The translations under genes were made by a program, and so were the position numbers. A stretch of DNA of 63,798 nt, filler included, from Salisapilia sapeloensis CBS 127946 (Eukaryota > Protista > Oomycota): NCBI GenBank assembly GCA_023334545.1. It is 5 parts of 5 records of this genome, joined end to end, with 100 filler letters (N's around TTAATTAATTAA, not from the genome) between each part and the next. Parts side by side here need not be neighbours in the genome. Positions count along the whole stretch, not along the records: positions 20,537 to 40,364 come from JAADVB010000305.1; 4 more parts are not named here. One strand, 5' to 3'. A model generated the notes under the pieces. The model searched no databases. It worked only from the letters and a program-made list of their open reading frames with translations, and was not told where the DNA came from. Shown here piece after piece: positions 20,437 to 29,481 of the stretch (the stretch's first letter is position 1; each line of letters opens with the position of its first letter).

Positions 20437-20536
20437 NNNNNNNNNNNNNNNNNNNNNNNNNNNNNNNNNNNNNNNNNNNNTTAATTAATTAANNNNNNNN
20501 NNNNNNNNNNNNNNNNNNNNNNNNNNNNNNNNNNNN
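20437..20536. other. Artificial contig linker
   Basis: 44 N + TTAATTAATTAA (stops in all six frames) + 44 N, identical in design to three other linkers in the window. Confidence 0.97.
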
Positions 20537-20563
20537 CTTGTGGATCGCTATGTGTGCGTGTAG

Positions 20564-20687
20564 ACTGTGGCTGAGTGCAGACCTTGGGAAGCTGGAGGCG
20601 GCGGAGCGGGCGCTGTACGAGCAGCACGTGAACTCTCCGTTCGAGATGGATGTGGTGGCTGGACTGGGCACGGTGAAAGTTCCATAA
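20564..20687 (+). pseudogene. Orphan exon or gene fragment at a contig start (LWLSADLGKLEAAERALYEQHVNSPFEMDVVAGLGTVKVP*)
   Basis: GC-rich codon-like block after a ..GTGTAG acceptor. Resembles from memory the N-terminal segment of oomycete ABHD4/5-like hydrolases but stops immediately. Uncertain. Confidence 0.3.
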
Positions 20688-20944
20688 TTCTGAAAGGCTG
20701 ACTGGTTACCATCTATGCGTTGGAGTGCAACCTCTATGCGATTGTCTCCTTCGTATTGTGCATAATGACTGTAATAAAACCCTCAGAGCAACCCACAGGA
20801 CTTTAAGGAAACAATCTTAGACGCCACGCGGGAGTGTACGAAAGCTCCTACATAAGCCTTTCAGCAAAGTCATGGCCAGAATGATAAAAAACTATCCCAA
20901 TGTAGTTTAAATTGTGTTTTGTCCCAGCTACGCTATGTCGGTGA

Positions 20945-22263
20945 TCAGGTAAACTTTTTATTGCGTCCAGCAGTGCTGAAGCTTGGAAGTGAGGTGCGCT
21001 TGACCTGTCGGGTACGTAGCTTCTTCTGCAGCTGTCGTTTACGATATACTGTCTGCAGACGAATGACAGCTTTATACGCTATACTTTCCGTGTAGGATAT
21101 AAAGATTCCATGGCTTGGCGGATGAGCGGACACGCAATAGTTGTGAATGCTGTAATACATTTTCTCTCGCGTGTATTGATCGATGAATTCAATCCATTCG
21201 TCTTGCTCTATCACCAACGCTCGATACTTTTCATATCCACGGCGCTCGATTTCCATACGTAATGATGGGTCGTTCGCAAGGATCTCAGTAATGGTTTGCT
21301 CTACAACGAGCGGGATATCAGTGTCTTGGTTACCATCAAAGTCGCTCGGTTTTTCCAAAACAATTCGCTGATCGGCACGATTGTAAAAGTATGGGATGCC
21401 TTGCGATGACTCAAGCCGAAACCAAATGCTATCACTGCGTTGTACTGCTGGTGGTTTCGTCAATACTTGAACATCGTCGTAAGGTGGAAACCCTCTTAAG
21501 CAATGGTGTTTCATGTGCACGTAGTCGAGGCAAGCGGTTACCCAATGTCGTAGGCAAGCATACGCTGGCATAGATTGCCAGCATCGATGGCTTTCGGGAA
21601 CAGACATCGCGCTGCGTATAATCGCTTCGACTTTGTCTAGATGTTCTGCTGATAGCGCATACGGTTTGGTAAATAGCCCAGCAGGTTGGTTCGAGGCTAC
21701 CCATTGCCATCCTTCAGTATGCGCTTGTATGTTCTTCATAATCCACACTCCCCAGCAAGAACGCCACACCTCCTCGAGATCACTGTCCGTGCATGATACA
21801 ATGATCGAAGATTGCACTCCAAAGAGCAGCAGCACTGCTCTAGTGACTGCAACCACGGCTGGATGAGGAAGTAAATCCCATGACAGTGGTCCTAGCAACG
21901 CCTTCTGTGTCTGTTCCTGAAGATTTATCACTGCTTTGTCAACTCGGGCAACTGCATTTCAACATACTTAGCGATCAAAATTAACTTCGAATTTATATAA
22001 GCCATACCAAGCGAGGCGACCTCTAGATAGCCAAACGCATAGTCCATGTAGCGTCTCTTGTGGTATATCTCTTGCTGTAACTTCGACAAGACTTGATCTT
22101 CATTTTGCTCCGGATGGAGTACCTTCTTACCAGTACCTGATACCTTGTTGCCGACCATCTGATGCAAATGCTTCCAGAGAGCTTCATCAACTTGATTTTG
22201 TGGTTTCTTCATTCCAAACTCTAGCTCGAATGCTTGCTGAACGATTGAAGACAACTCTTTCAT
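20945..22263 (-). CDS. Hypothetical protein with a dynein-stalk/MTBD-like segment, two WW-like domains and an IQ motif, 2 exons
   Basis: Intron 21952-22007 joins the two ORFs in frame (LEVASL-VARVDKAVINLQ). WW-like WFRLESSQGIPYFYNRAD...EKP and WIEFIDQYTREKMYYSI...HPP; IQ-like AVIRLQTVYRKRQLQKK. Confidence 0.7.
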
Positions 22264-22384
22264 TTTAACGCTTTATCTTCTTAGACTACCTGCTGCTATT
22301 CCTGAGACAACGTCTTGAGCACTGGGCAATCGCTTGGCCACTGCACTTGATAGAGGGGATAGTCTAAGAAAACTAAAAATAAAA

Positions 22385-24868
22385 TCACTCAGCAGCATCC
22401 GTTGCAACGTAAGCCTCTGCGGATGCGAATTCGCCTACTGCGCGTACGAGTGCTTTTGTTTTCAACAGCATTTCATCATACTCTTCCACCGGATCGGACA
22501 GCGCAACGATGGCACCACCAGAGCCCATAGTCACTCGCTCTGGAGTAATGACCGCACTGCGAATGATGATGTTTAGATCGCAACTGCCGTCAAGTGAGAT
22601 GAAGCCGAGTGCACCAGAGTAAGCTCCACGAGGGTGCTTTTCCAGTTGACGGATAATCTGCATTGTCCGCTCTTTTGGAGCCCCGGTCATGGATCCGCCT
22701 GGGAACGTAGCTCGGAGAACGTCACCAATGTCCGCACCATCCCGTCGTAATCCACGCACGGTCGTAACAAGCTGATGAACAGTAGCGTATGACTCGACGT
22801 TCATGAGAGTAGGCACGTGGACCGTTCCGACTTGAGCGACGACACCGAAATCGTTGCGCACCAAGTCGGCAATCATCATATTCTCGGCGCGGTCTTTTTC
22901 ACAAGTCGCAAGCTCCTTGGCAATCTCTGCGTCCTCTTCTTCATTCTTGCCTCGAGGACGTGTGCCTTTAATCGGCTTCGACTCCATCCAACCATGACTA
23001 TCGATGTGCAAAAAGCGCTCAGGAGAAGAGCAACATATAGCATACGACGTGACCGTCGAGTCCGAGAGTATCGTGCTGGCTTCATTCGTCAATGGTGTCC
23101 TGGTCGTGAATTGTCCGTGAGGATTGCTTACATAGTATGCAGAGAATGGCGCAGGGTTTCGCTTTCGTAGTAGTTCGTAGAAGGCTAGTGGGTCGTGTAT
23201 ACAATGCTTTGCCTCGACTTGGTTCGTCAAACACACTTCGTACGTTTCTCCCTCTTGAATCAATTCTTGTGCCTTTTCGACATTTCGAATGTATTCGTCT
23301 CGATTGCAGGATGGATAAAAGGTAATGTCACTCGCTTTCTCCGCTCTTACTTTCTCCGCTGCTGGAGACGATTGAGGTAAGTGGGAGAAGGTAGCTGCAA
23401 GTTCGTTCAGATCCTGCGTCATCGTCTTCTGCCAAGCTGCATTCTTTACAGCAGATACTTCATCGTCGACACATAGCGTGTAGATATGACCTTCTTGGTG
23501 ATCAAATACCAGCACGCGATCGGCAAATAGCATGGACGAATCCGGTTCACATCTCCGTTCGTTGGCCATTTTCTCTTTTCGACGAGCAATGTCGTTGCTA
23601 CTGCCATCATTTCCCATACCAAGTGCTTCATAGCCCACGTAGCCTACGAAACCTCCTCTGAAGTTAAATGGAACTGCCTCAACGCCATGTAGCTGCGTAA
23701 TGAAACCATTAAAAGCGTTCGTGACGTCTGCAATGTAGTTTGCCAAATCCGTATCTGGACGGACTTCGATTTGGCCATTCGATTTGATGATTCGTAAGGT
23801 ATTGTCTACGACCGAGTACTCAACACATTCACTTAGTGGTCCGCTACCATCACCCATGTAAGAAAAGCGACACGTAGATCGGTGGTGCACATGCTGCTGA
23901 AAGTTGCTACTGTCCAGCCAGAATGCCCTGGAGGACGTACTGAATAGCTGTTGAAACACATACTGGGTAAAGTCCAATGACGTCAACGAGACATCTGTCA
24001 GCTCGATCTTAACTTTGTATGGTGACCTTATCTGCATACGTCTCGACATCACTTGCGGGTCTGAACGCTTGATGCTTTTGCCAGCTACAAGTAGACGAGC
24101 AACGAGGTCATGGTCCATCTGACAGCTCGTACTTGGCGTACTTAAGGTCAGGTCTCTGAAGTTTTGTAGTAGCTGGAAACCATATTCACTACAGATTGCT
24201 TCTGGATGGAACTGGACGCCATACTGTCTTCTCTCTTTATGTCGCAAAGCCATGATGACACCATCGTCTGTGGTTGCAAGGACTTCCAAGTCATCCGTTG
24301 GGAAAGAGGTTGGTTCGACTGTTAGTGAGTGGTAGCGAACGACCTGAAAGCCTTCCGGAATGTGACTGAATAGACGCTGGTGAGCAGACTTGGAATTGTA
24401 GTACACCCGGCTTGTACGTCCATGGACAGCTTCATCAGCCTTTACGACAGTCCCACCGTATGCACAAGCGAGACCTTGATGACCAAGGCATACACCAAGG
24501 ACTGGTATGTCGGTATATTGAATCGCCTCTGCGCATAAACCAAAGTCTTGTGGGATGGACGGATGGCCCGGACCTGGTGACACAACGATGTTATACACGT
24601 CTACGAAGCCATCTTCACTCGTGTCACTGTCATCATCGGTACTATCTTGACTCCGAGCTTTCGAAGCAAGGTTTTCTTGTCGATTCTGGACTTGGTTTAG
24701 GAAGAAGTCCCACGCAAGACTCCAATCGCCGCCAAATGCATCATTCGCGATGACCACCGGCGCTTCTCCATTGATCTGCGCCAGCATTTGGTATAAGTTG
24801 TACGTGTAGGAGTCATGGTTGTCTAGAAGGAGCGTCCACACTCGGCCAGCTCGTCTACCTTCCGCCAT
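22385..24868 (-). CDS. pabAB: Aminodeoxychorismate synthase (fused PabA glutamine amidotransferase and PabB), intronless
   Basis: LLLDNHDSYTYNL, SPGPGHP, LGVCLGHQ, RYHSL, QFHPE (class I GATase triad); PabB motifs SSPERFL, KPIKGTRPR, KDRAENMMIADLVRND, FPGGSMTGAPK, RGAYSGALG. Confidence 0.96.
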   Translation of the reverse strand: MAEGRRAGRVWTLLLDNHDSYTYNLYQMLAQINGEAPVVIANDAFGGDWSLAWDFFLNQVQNRQENLASKARSQDSTDDDSDTSEDGFVDVYNIVVSPGPGHPSIPQDFGLCAEAIQYTDIPVLGVCLGHQGLACAYGGTVVKADEAVHGRTSRVYYNSKSAHQRLFSHIPEGFQVVRYHSLTVEPTSFPTDDLEVLATTDDGVIMALRHKERRQYGVQFHPEAICSEYGFQLLQNFRDLTLSTPSTSCQMDHDLVARLLVAGKSIKRSDPQVMSRRMQIRSPYKVKIELTDVSLTSLDFTQYVFQQLFSTSSRAFWLDSSNFQQHVHHRSTCRFSYMGDGSGPLSECVEYSVVDNTLRIIKSNGQIEVRPDTDLANYIADVTNAFNGFITQLHGVEAVPFNFRGGFVGYVGYEALGMGNDGSSNDIARRKEKMANERRCEPDSSMLFADRVLVFDHQEGHIYTLCVDDEVSAVKNAAWQKTMTQDLNELAATFSHLPQSSPAAEKVRAEKASDITFYPSCNRDEYIRNVEKAQELIQEGETYEVCLTNQVEAKHCIHDPLAFYELLRKRNPAPFSAYYVSNPHGQFTTRTPLTNEASTILSDSTVTSYAICCSSPERFLHIDSHGWMESKPIKGTRPRGKNEEEDAEIAKELATCEKDRAENMMIADLVRNDFGVVAQVGTVHVPTLMNVESYATVHQLVTTVRGLRRDGADIGDVLRATFPGGSMTGAPKERTMQIIRQLEKHPRGAYSGALGFISLDGSCDLNIIIRSAVITPERVTMGSGGAIVALSDPVEEYDEMLLKTKALVRAVGEFASAEAYVATDAAE

Positions 24869-25653
24869 GCTCACGAGTTGGTCAAGAGCTCAAGTCCGAT
24901 TCGCCCGCCAACGAAACGTTTGACTTAAATAAAGTATGTAGTCTCACTCGATGTCAAGTGAATCTAAAATGCGTGTTCAGGAGCTGGATGACCAGCTACC
25001 GATGCCTTTCAACATATTTCATAACAAGCTTTGCTTATCGTGCATCATCTAGTCATTCTAGTTTGGAAGTCATACCTACCGTGCAAGTTTTACTTTCGCG
25101 ATAGACAGCGCTGTCGCTGATAATACATCACATATGACTCTGGATGCACTGCATGCCTTCAAGTGGAATTGATGATCGAGGATGGAAAGAAGAGTAGAGC
25201 TTTGAATGGACAGAAAGTTACAGTGAAAGTCGTCTGTGAGGTGTATGTAAAGACTGTTCTTGCCGATGTGAATGAATTGTTGTAAATTTCCCTCTAAATT
25301 TATACAATACTTCTGCTTTAGCATGACTAGATATTGACTAGCACCGTCGACTATCTTGTGCTATGAGGACGCTACCTGCAAGCCAATCCAGTACTATTAT
25401 GGATTTGTACCTGATTGATATGTGTACCAGAGTTCTTCCTTAACTAATGCAAGATGAGTAAAGATGAAGATATCAACTTTCCATTGTGCATTTCAAAGCA
25501 CACTTCATGCTACCGCGCTACAGACAAACGGAAGAAGCATGCCAAACAAACCACCTATCTAGTACTCCCATCGTGTTAATGAATAAGAAATGAATGAAGA
25601 CGACTCCAATTGCCATATCAATGCATATACTCTGTCTGGTTCAATTACAAGTA

Positions 25654-26994
25654 CTACCTCTTCTTCTGGTTCTTTTTGCCTTTCGGACCCTTCTTCCCTT
25701 CACTTTGCTTCACTTTCTTGCGCTGAAAGTCACGTGGCAATGGCATATCATCCTTCTCCACTTCACCTCTCTTCCGCTTACCAATGCGCACGAGTTCGAC
25801 CTCGAAAAACAACGTCGAGTTCGGAGGAATCTTTTCTCCTTTTCCACTTTCTCCATACGCCAAGGACGGAGGAATCGTCAGTAGTCTCGAACCGCCTGCT
25901 CGCATCGTCCCCAATCCTTCTTCCCATCCAGCAATAACAGACCCGGAACCAAACGTAATAGACAGCATGCCCTTCCCGAAGACCAGACCACCTTTACCAA
26001 GGCTTCCTCGGTATCGCACTGTTAGCAACTCTCCGATCTTTGCGACTGGGCCATCACCCACTTCCTTATCCTGCAACACAAGCCCACTTGGTGTCTCGAT
26101 CTCATCTCCAGTCTGCTCTTCATAGGCTGCCGCGACACCAGCTCTCGTCTTCTGTTCCTCCAGCTTCGCATTGGCGTCTTCTTTCTCTTTTAACTCCTTT
26201 CGCTGCTTTCGACTAAGTTTCGCTTCCTGCTCTGGTGCATCTTCCTTTGCCGGCTTGGATGCTACATCTTCCTTCTTGGGCTTGGAAGGTGCATTCTCAA
26301 CTTCAAGCTTTTGCTTTTTGTCCTTGGGCACCGAAGTACTCGGCTTTACATCCTCTTGCTCCGGTTCCTGTTTTCGCTTTTTGTCTTTGGACATCGATAT
26401 AGTCGGCTTTTCATCCACTTCTTTCGTTTCAAGCGCCGGTGATAGTTCCACCTCCGTTTGCTCTTTGCTTTGCTTCGATGGTGTTTTTGACTGCACAGGT
26501 ACTCCTTCTCTACCCTGCTTTTTCATTTTCGCTTTCTTCTTCTTTAAAGCAGCTCGACTCATGCCATGGCCTTTCGGCTTTTGCTGTTTCTCCTCCGCCA
26601 CGAGATGCCCATCCTCCATGTGGTCTCGCGCGTTCAGAGAGGATGCAAGGTCCTCTCGAGTCGTATGCCATGGATGATCAACACCCCACGTCTGGTCCGG
26701 ACGACCATAACCACCGACGTTCACGCGCATGTCGGCCGCAAAGCGACCGCTGATGCCAGCTTGCATGCTGCGCACACCTTTATTCGCTGCAATCATCGTA
26801 TCACTTGCCACAGCTAACTCATCATCTGCGTTCTCCTTCCGCTTGTCCTTCCTACGCATTAACACCATGGCTGGTACTCGGATTGATTGGTCTCGTGATC
26901 GTTGGTGATGCCTCGTCTCTGATGTGATCTTAAAGGGACGCATGTCAATTGAAGTTGTAAAGTGCGCTTGCATCATGACCTTATCTGCCGTCAT
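25654..26994 (-). CDS. Lys/Glu-rich FKBP-type peptidyl-prolyl isomerase (nucleolar FKBP-like); alternative start possible at 26868
   Basis: C-terminal FKBP domain TPSGL..QD..VGDG...V.VRYRG..VIAGWEEGL..MR.GG.R.L.IPP.LAYG..IPPNSTL.FEVEL, preceded by a charged low-complexity region. Confidence 0.88.
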   Translation of the reverse strand: MTADKVMMQAHFTTSIDMRPFKITSETRHHQRSRDQSIRVPAMVLMRRKDKRKENADDELAVASDTMIAANKGVRSMQAGISGRFAADMRVNVGGYGRPDQTWGVDHPWHTTREDLASSLNARDHMEDGHLVAEEKQQKPKGHGMSRAALKKKKAKMKKQGREGVPVQSKTPSKQSKEQTEVELSPALETKEVDEKPTISMSKDKKRKQEPEQEDVKPSTSVPKDKKQKLEVENAPSKPKKEDVASKPAKEDAPEQEAKLSRKQRKELKEKEDANAKLEEQKTRAGVAAAYEEQTGDEIETPSGLVLQDKEVGDGPVAKIGELLTVRYRGSLGKGGLVFGKGMLSITFGSGSVIAGWEEGLGTMRAGGSRLLTIPPSLAYGESGKGEKIPPNSTLFFEVELVRIGKRKRGEVEKDDMPLPRDFQRKKVKQSEGKKGPKGKKNQKKR

Positions 26995-27446
26995 TCGGCC
27001 GCAATATCATTGATTCTGTAGATTCATCCGTTGATGATACACCAATGCACTGATTAATCCAAGTTTGGGCGCTACGAATATTTCTTTTCTAATAAGAAGA
27101 ACTTTATAAAGCATAGCAGCAAGCTTTTGCTTCACCTCATTGTATCCTGGTCCACTCGAATGTATATTTCGATGCGGATTCGTCACCGAGGTATTTGGCA
27201 TCTCTCGAGTCATTCACTTCCACTTTTTATGCAAGACGAATACGAGAAAGTTGCTTAAAGAAGCGAATTAGAATGCACTAGCGGGAACTTCGAGGGTCCT
27301 ACCGCTTCTCGTCTAAGCGATGGTACCGCCCTCACTCCATCAACACATCAATCATTATCTCAATACTGTGTACCTGCTATTGAAATATATATGATCAAAC
27401 CATTTTCGTCCTAAAACTTTCGTCCTCTTTTCTATTTGAAGCTAGT

Positions 27447-29129
27447 TTAATGCGAACTGTCGTCTTTATCGTCTTCATCCGCTTGGATGCCCATATAGCC
27501 TTTATCAGACTTTCTCAAAATCTTCAGCTTTAGCATGATTTTCCGTTTCTCAGGGTCCCCCACATATGTGTTTCCTTTCCGAATGTGTCGCAATGCATCT
27601 CCCAAGTGAAGCCCCCACGTATTCTCTGGGAAAGGATCCGTGGCCGGAACGACGTACGTCATTGGCATATCGATACACGATCCGAACTTTTCCGCATACG
27701 CATTAAATGCTGGCAAAATGATCCGCTCCCATCTCGAGTCGTACAATCTCCAACTGAAACCTAGATCATCCAACTCCTTCCGCGTCTCATCCGTCATAGT
27801 CGTACGCCCACCTCTCGCTCTTTTAATCCATTCGCCTAGGTAGAAGCCTCTGGATGCAAGTGGCCAAGGCGCTTCCTCTGGAACGACAAAATCCGTCGGG
27901 ATGTCCACATGTCCGTGCAGCTCTTTAAAGTGACGCATTGCTGGCAACGCTTTCGTAGTCGCTTGCATCTCCAGACGATGCGCCATGCTCCAAATGAAAC
28001 CCATGTCTTGTAGTTCCTGCTCATCATACTTGGACTGCTCTTCATATGCACCACGACGAACTCGTTTCACTACTTCACCTAGCTCTAATCCAGCCGTTCC
28101 TTCTGGCCATTGCTCATCTCCTGAATTAGAAGATGGAACTTGAAATGTCTGTGGTACATCGATATGTCCGTACTTGGTATAGAATGTCCGCAAAGCTGGC
28201 ATGATCGACTGACTCCATCTGTCTTGTAACATATCAAAGCTATAGCCAAGCATATTTAGCTCGTTGATCTGTTCTTCCACGAATTCTGCATATGCTCCAC
28301 GAACGCGGACACCGCTCCACGCTTTTCCGAGCTGGTAGTGGTGCATATACTCTGGCCATGGCTCTTCAGCAGGGACGATGAAAGTGGCAGGGACATTGGC
28401 ATGGCCGTATATATCTTTGAAAAGACGGAGGCCAGGCATCATAAACTTTTTCCATGTCGTCTCCCTGGCGTTCCATAGGAATCCGATTTCATCTAGTTTT
28501 CGGACATTTTCGTCCGAGATTCTTCGGTTGCGTCGAATATCTCGAACGTTTCTGCCAAGCCGCAGGTTATAGCTCGGTCGAGGCCATGCCGGGTCTCCGT
28601 ACGGCACAATAAACGAGTACGGAACGCGACAATCTCCGTATAAATTACGATAGTTTTGAAGTGCTGGAAACACAGCCGTCTCAAAGTAGTAGTCTTTCCA
28701 GTTATTAGTCGGGAAGCCAATGTTATCAAGTTCTCGTATAACGAATCGGTCAGCATCGTGCCGAGACCGACTGCGCATGAGTCGATGAAGACGAGCGCCG
28801 AGTTTCATGCCTCGCAATTCCTCCGGCCAAGGTTGATACAATACATCAATAGCATCATCTGTGTGGTCATCGTGGCCTTCTGATAGTGAAGTCGTTGGAA
28901 TCGTGAATTGATAAGGCACTGCAAAGTGGTTTTCGCGATGGTAAAATTCTTGTATGGCACGTACGAAACGATGACCAGGTCGTAGTCGTGTGTCAGCATT
29001 AGCGATTGATTGCCAGTTCAGTGACGGATACAATGACTTCGAAGATTTTGATGAAAAGCATGCTCTTGATCGAGTACTGAGGAGCGGGTATCGATGCAGT
29101 CGCCCTAGCAGCATCCCTGGACTCGCCAT
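27447..29129 (-). CDS. Tandem helicase-associated (HA)-like repeat protein, about 6 repeats, with a mitochondrial-type presequence
   Basis: Six repeats of about 80 aa: W....PA...F...YGH..VP..F.VP....WPE...G..LG..V..IR......EL..LGF.W. N-terminus MASPGMLLGRLHRYPLLSTRSRACFSSK. Confidence 0.8.
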   Translation of the reverse strand: MASPGMLLGRLHRYPLLSTRSRACFSSKSSKSLYPSLNWQSIANADTRLRPGHRFVRAIQEFYHRENHFAVPYQFTIPTTSLSEGHDDHTDDAIDVLYQPWPEELRGMKLGARLHRLMRSRSRHDADRFVIRELDNIGFPTNNWKDYYFETAVFPALQNYRNLYGDCRVPYSFIVPYGDPAWPRPSYNLRLGRNVRDIRRNRRISDENVRKLDEIGFLWNARETTWKKFMMPGLRLFKDIYGHANVPATFIVPAEEPWPEYMHHYQLGKAWSGVRVRGAYAEFVEEQINELNMLGYSFDMLQDRWSQSIMPALRTFYTKYGHIDVPQTFQVPSSNSGDEQWPEGTAGLELGEVVKRVRRGAYEEQSKYDEQELQDMGFIWSMAHRLEMQATTKALPAMRHFKELHGHVDIPTDFVVPEEAPWPLASRGFYLGEWIKRARGGRTTMTDETRKELDDLGFSWRLYDSRWERIILPAFNAYAEKFGSCIDMPMTYVVPATDPFPENTWGLHLGDALRHIRKGNTYVGDPEKRKIMLKLKILRKSDKGYMGIQADEDDKDDSSH

Positions 29130-29481
29130 CGAGGACAAATTGTGTGGTGGAAAAATGCGTACAGACGAAAAGATAGCTACATTTGTAAAATAGCTGACAT
29201 ATCTGGTAACTTGGATGAAAGTATCCAAGACCGCATCTCGAAGCACCTTGGTCCCAACATACCTAGAGTGATAGTCTATGGTGTACTTCTGTTAGAAGAT
29301 AACATATAAAGCTGGTAGGTCCCGTACATGAAATATTAATCTGTACCCGAGTAAAATACGCTTTGAGAAACTATTATTTAAAACATTTATTAGATTAAGT
29401 TGCGTAGTCAAAGGAAAGAACAATAGCATAAGCAGTACATGTTATGAGCACATTTTAAAAGCTGCGTTCGCTGCGTACATA

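Noticed and set aside
20437-20536. Recurrent TTAATTAATTAA palindrome flanked by N runs (also 40409, 61074, 62625)
   Set aside because: The identical 44N-12-44N design with stops in all six frames is an assembly linker, not a biological repeat or target site.
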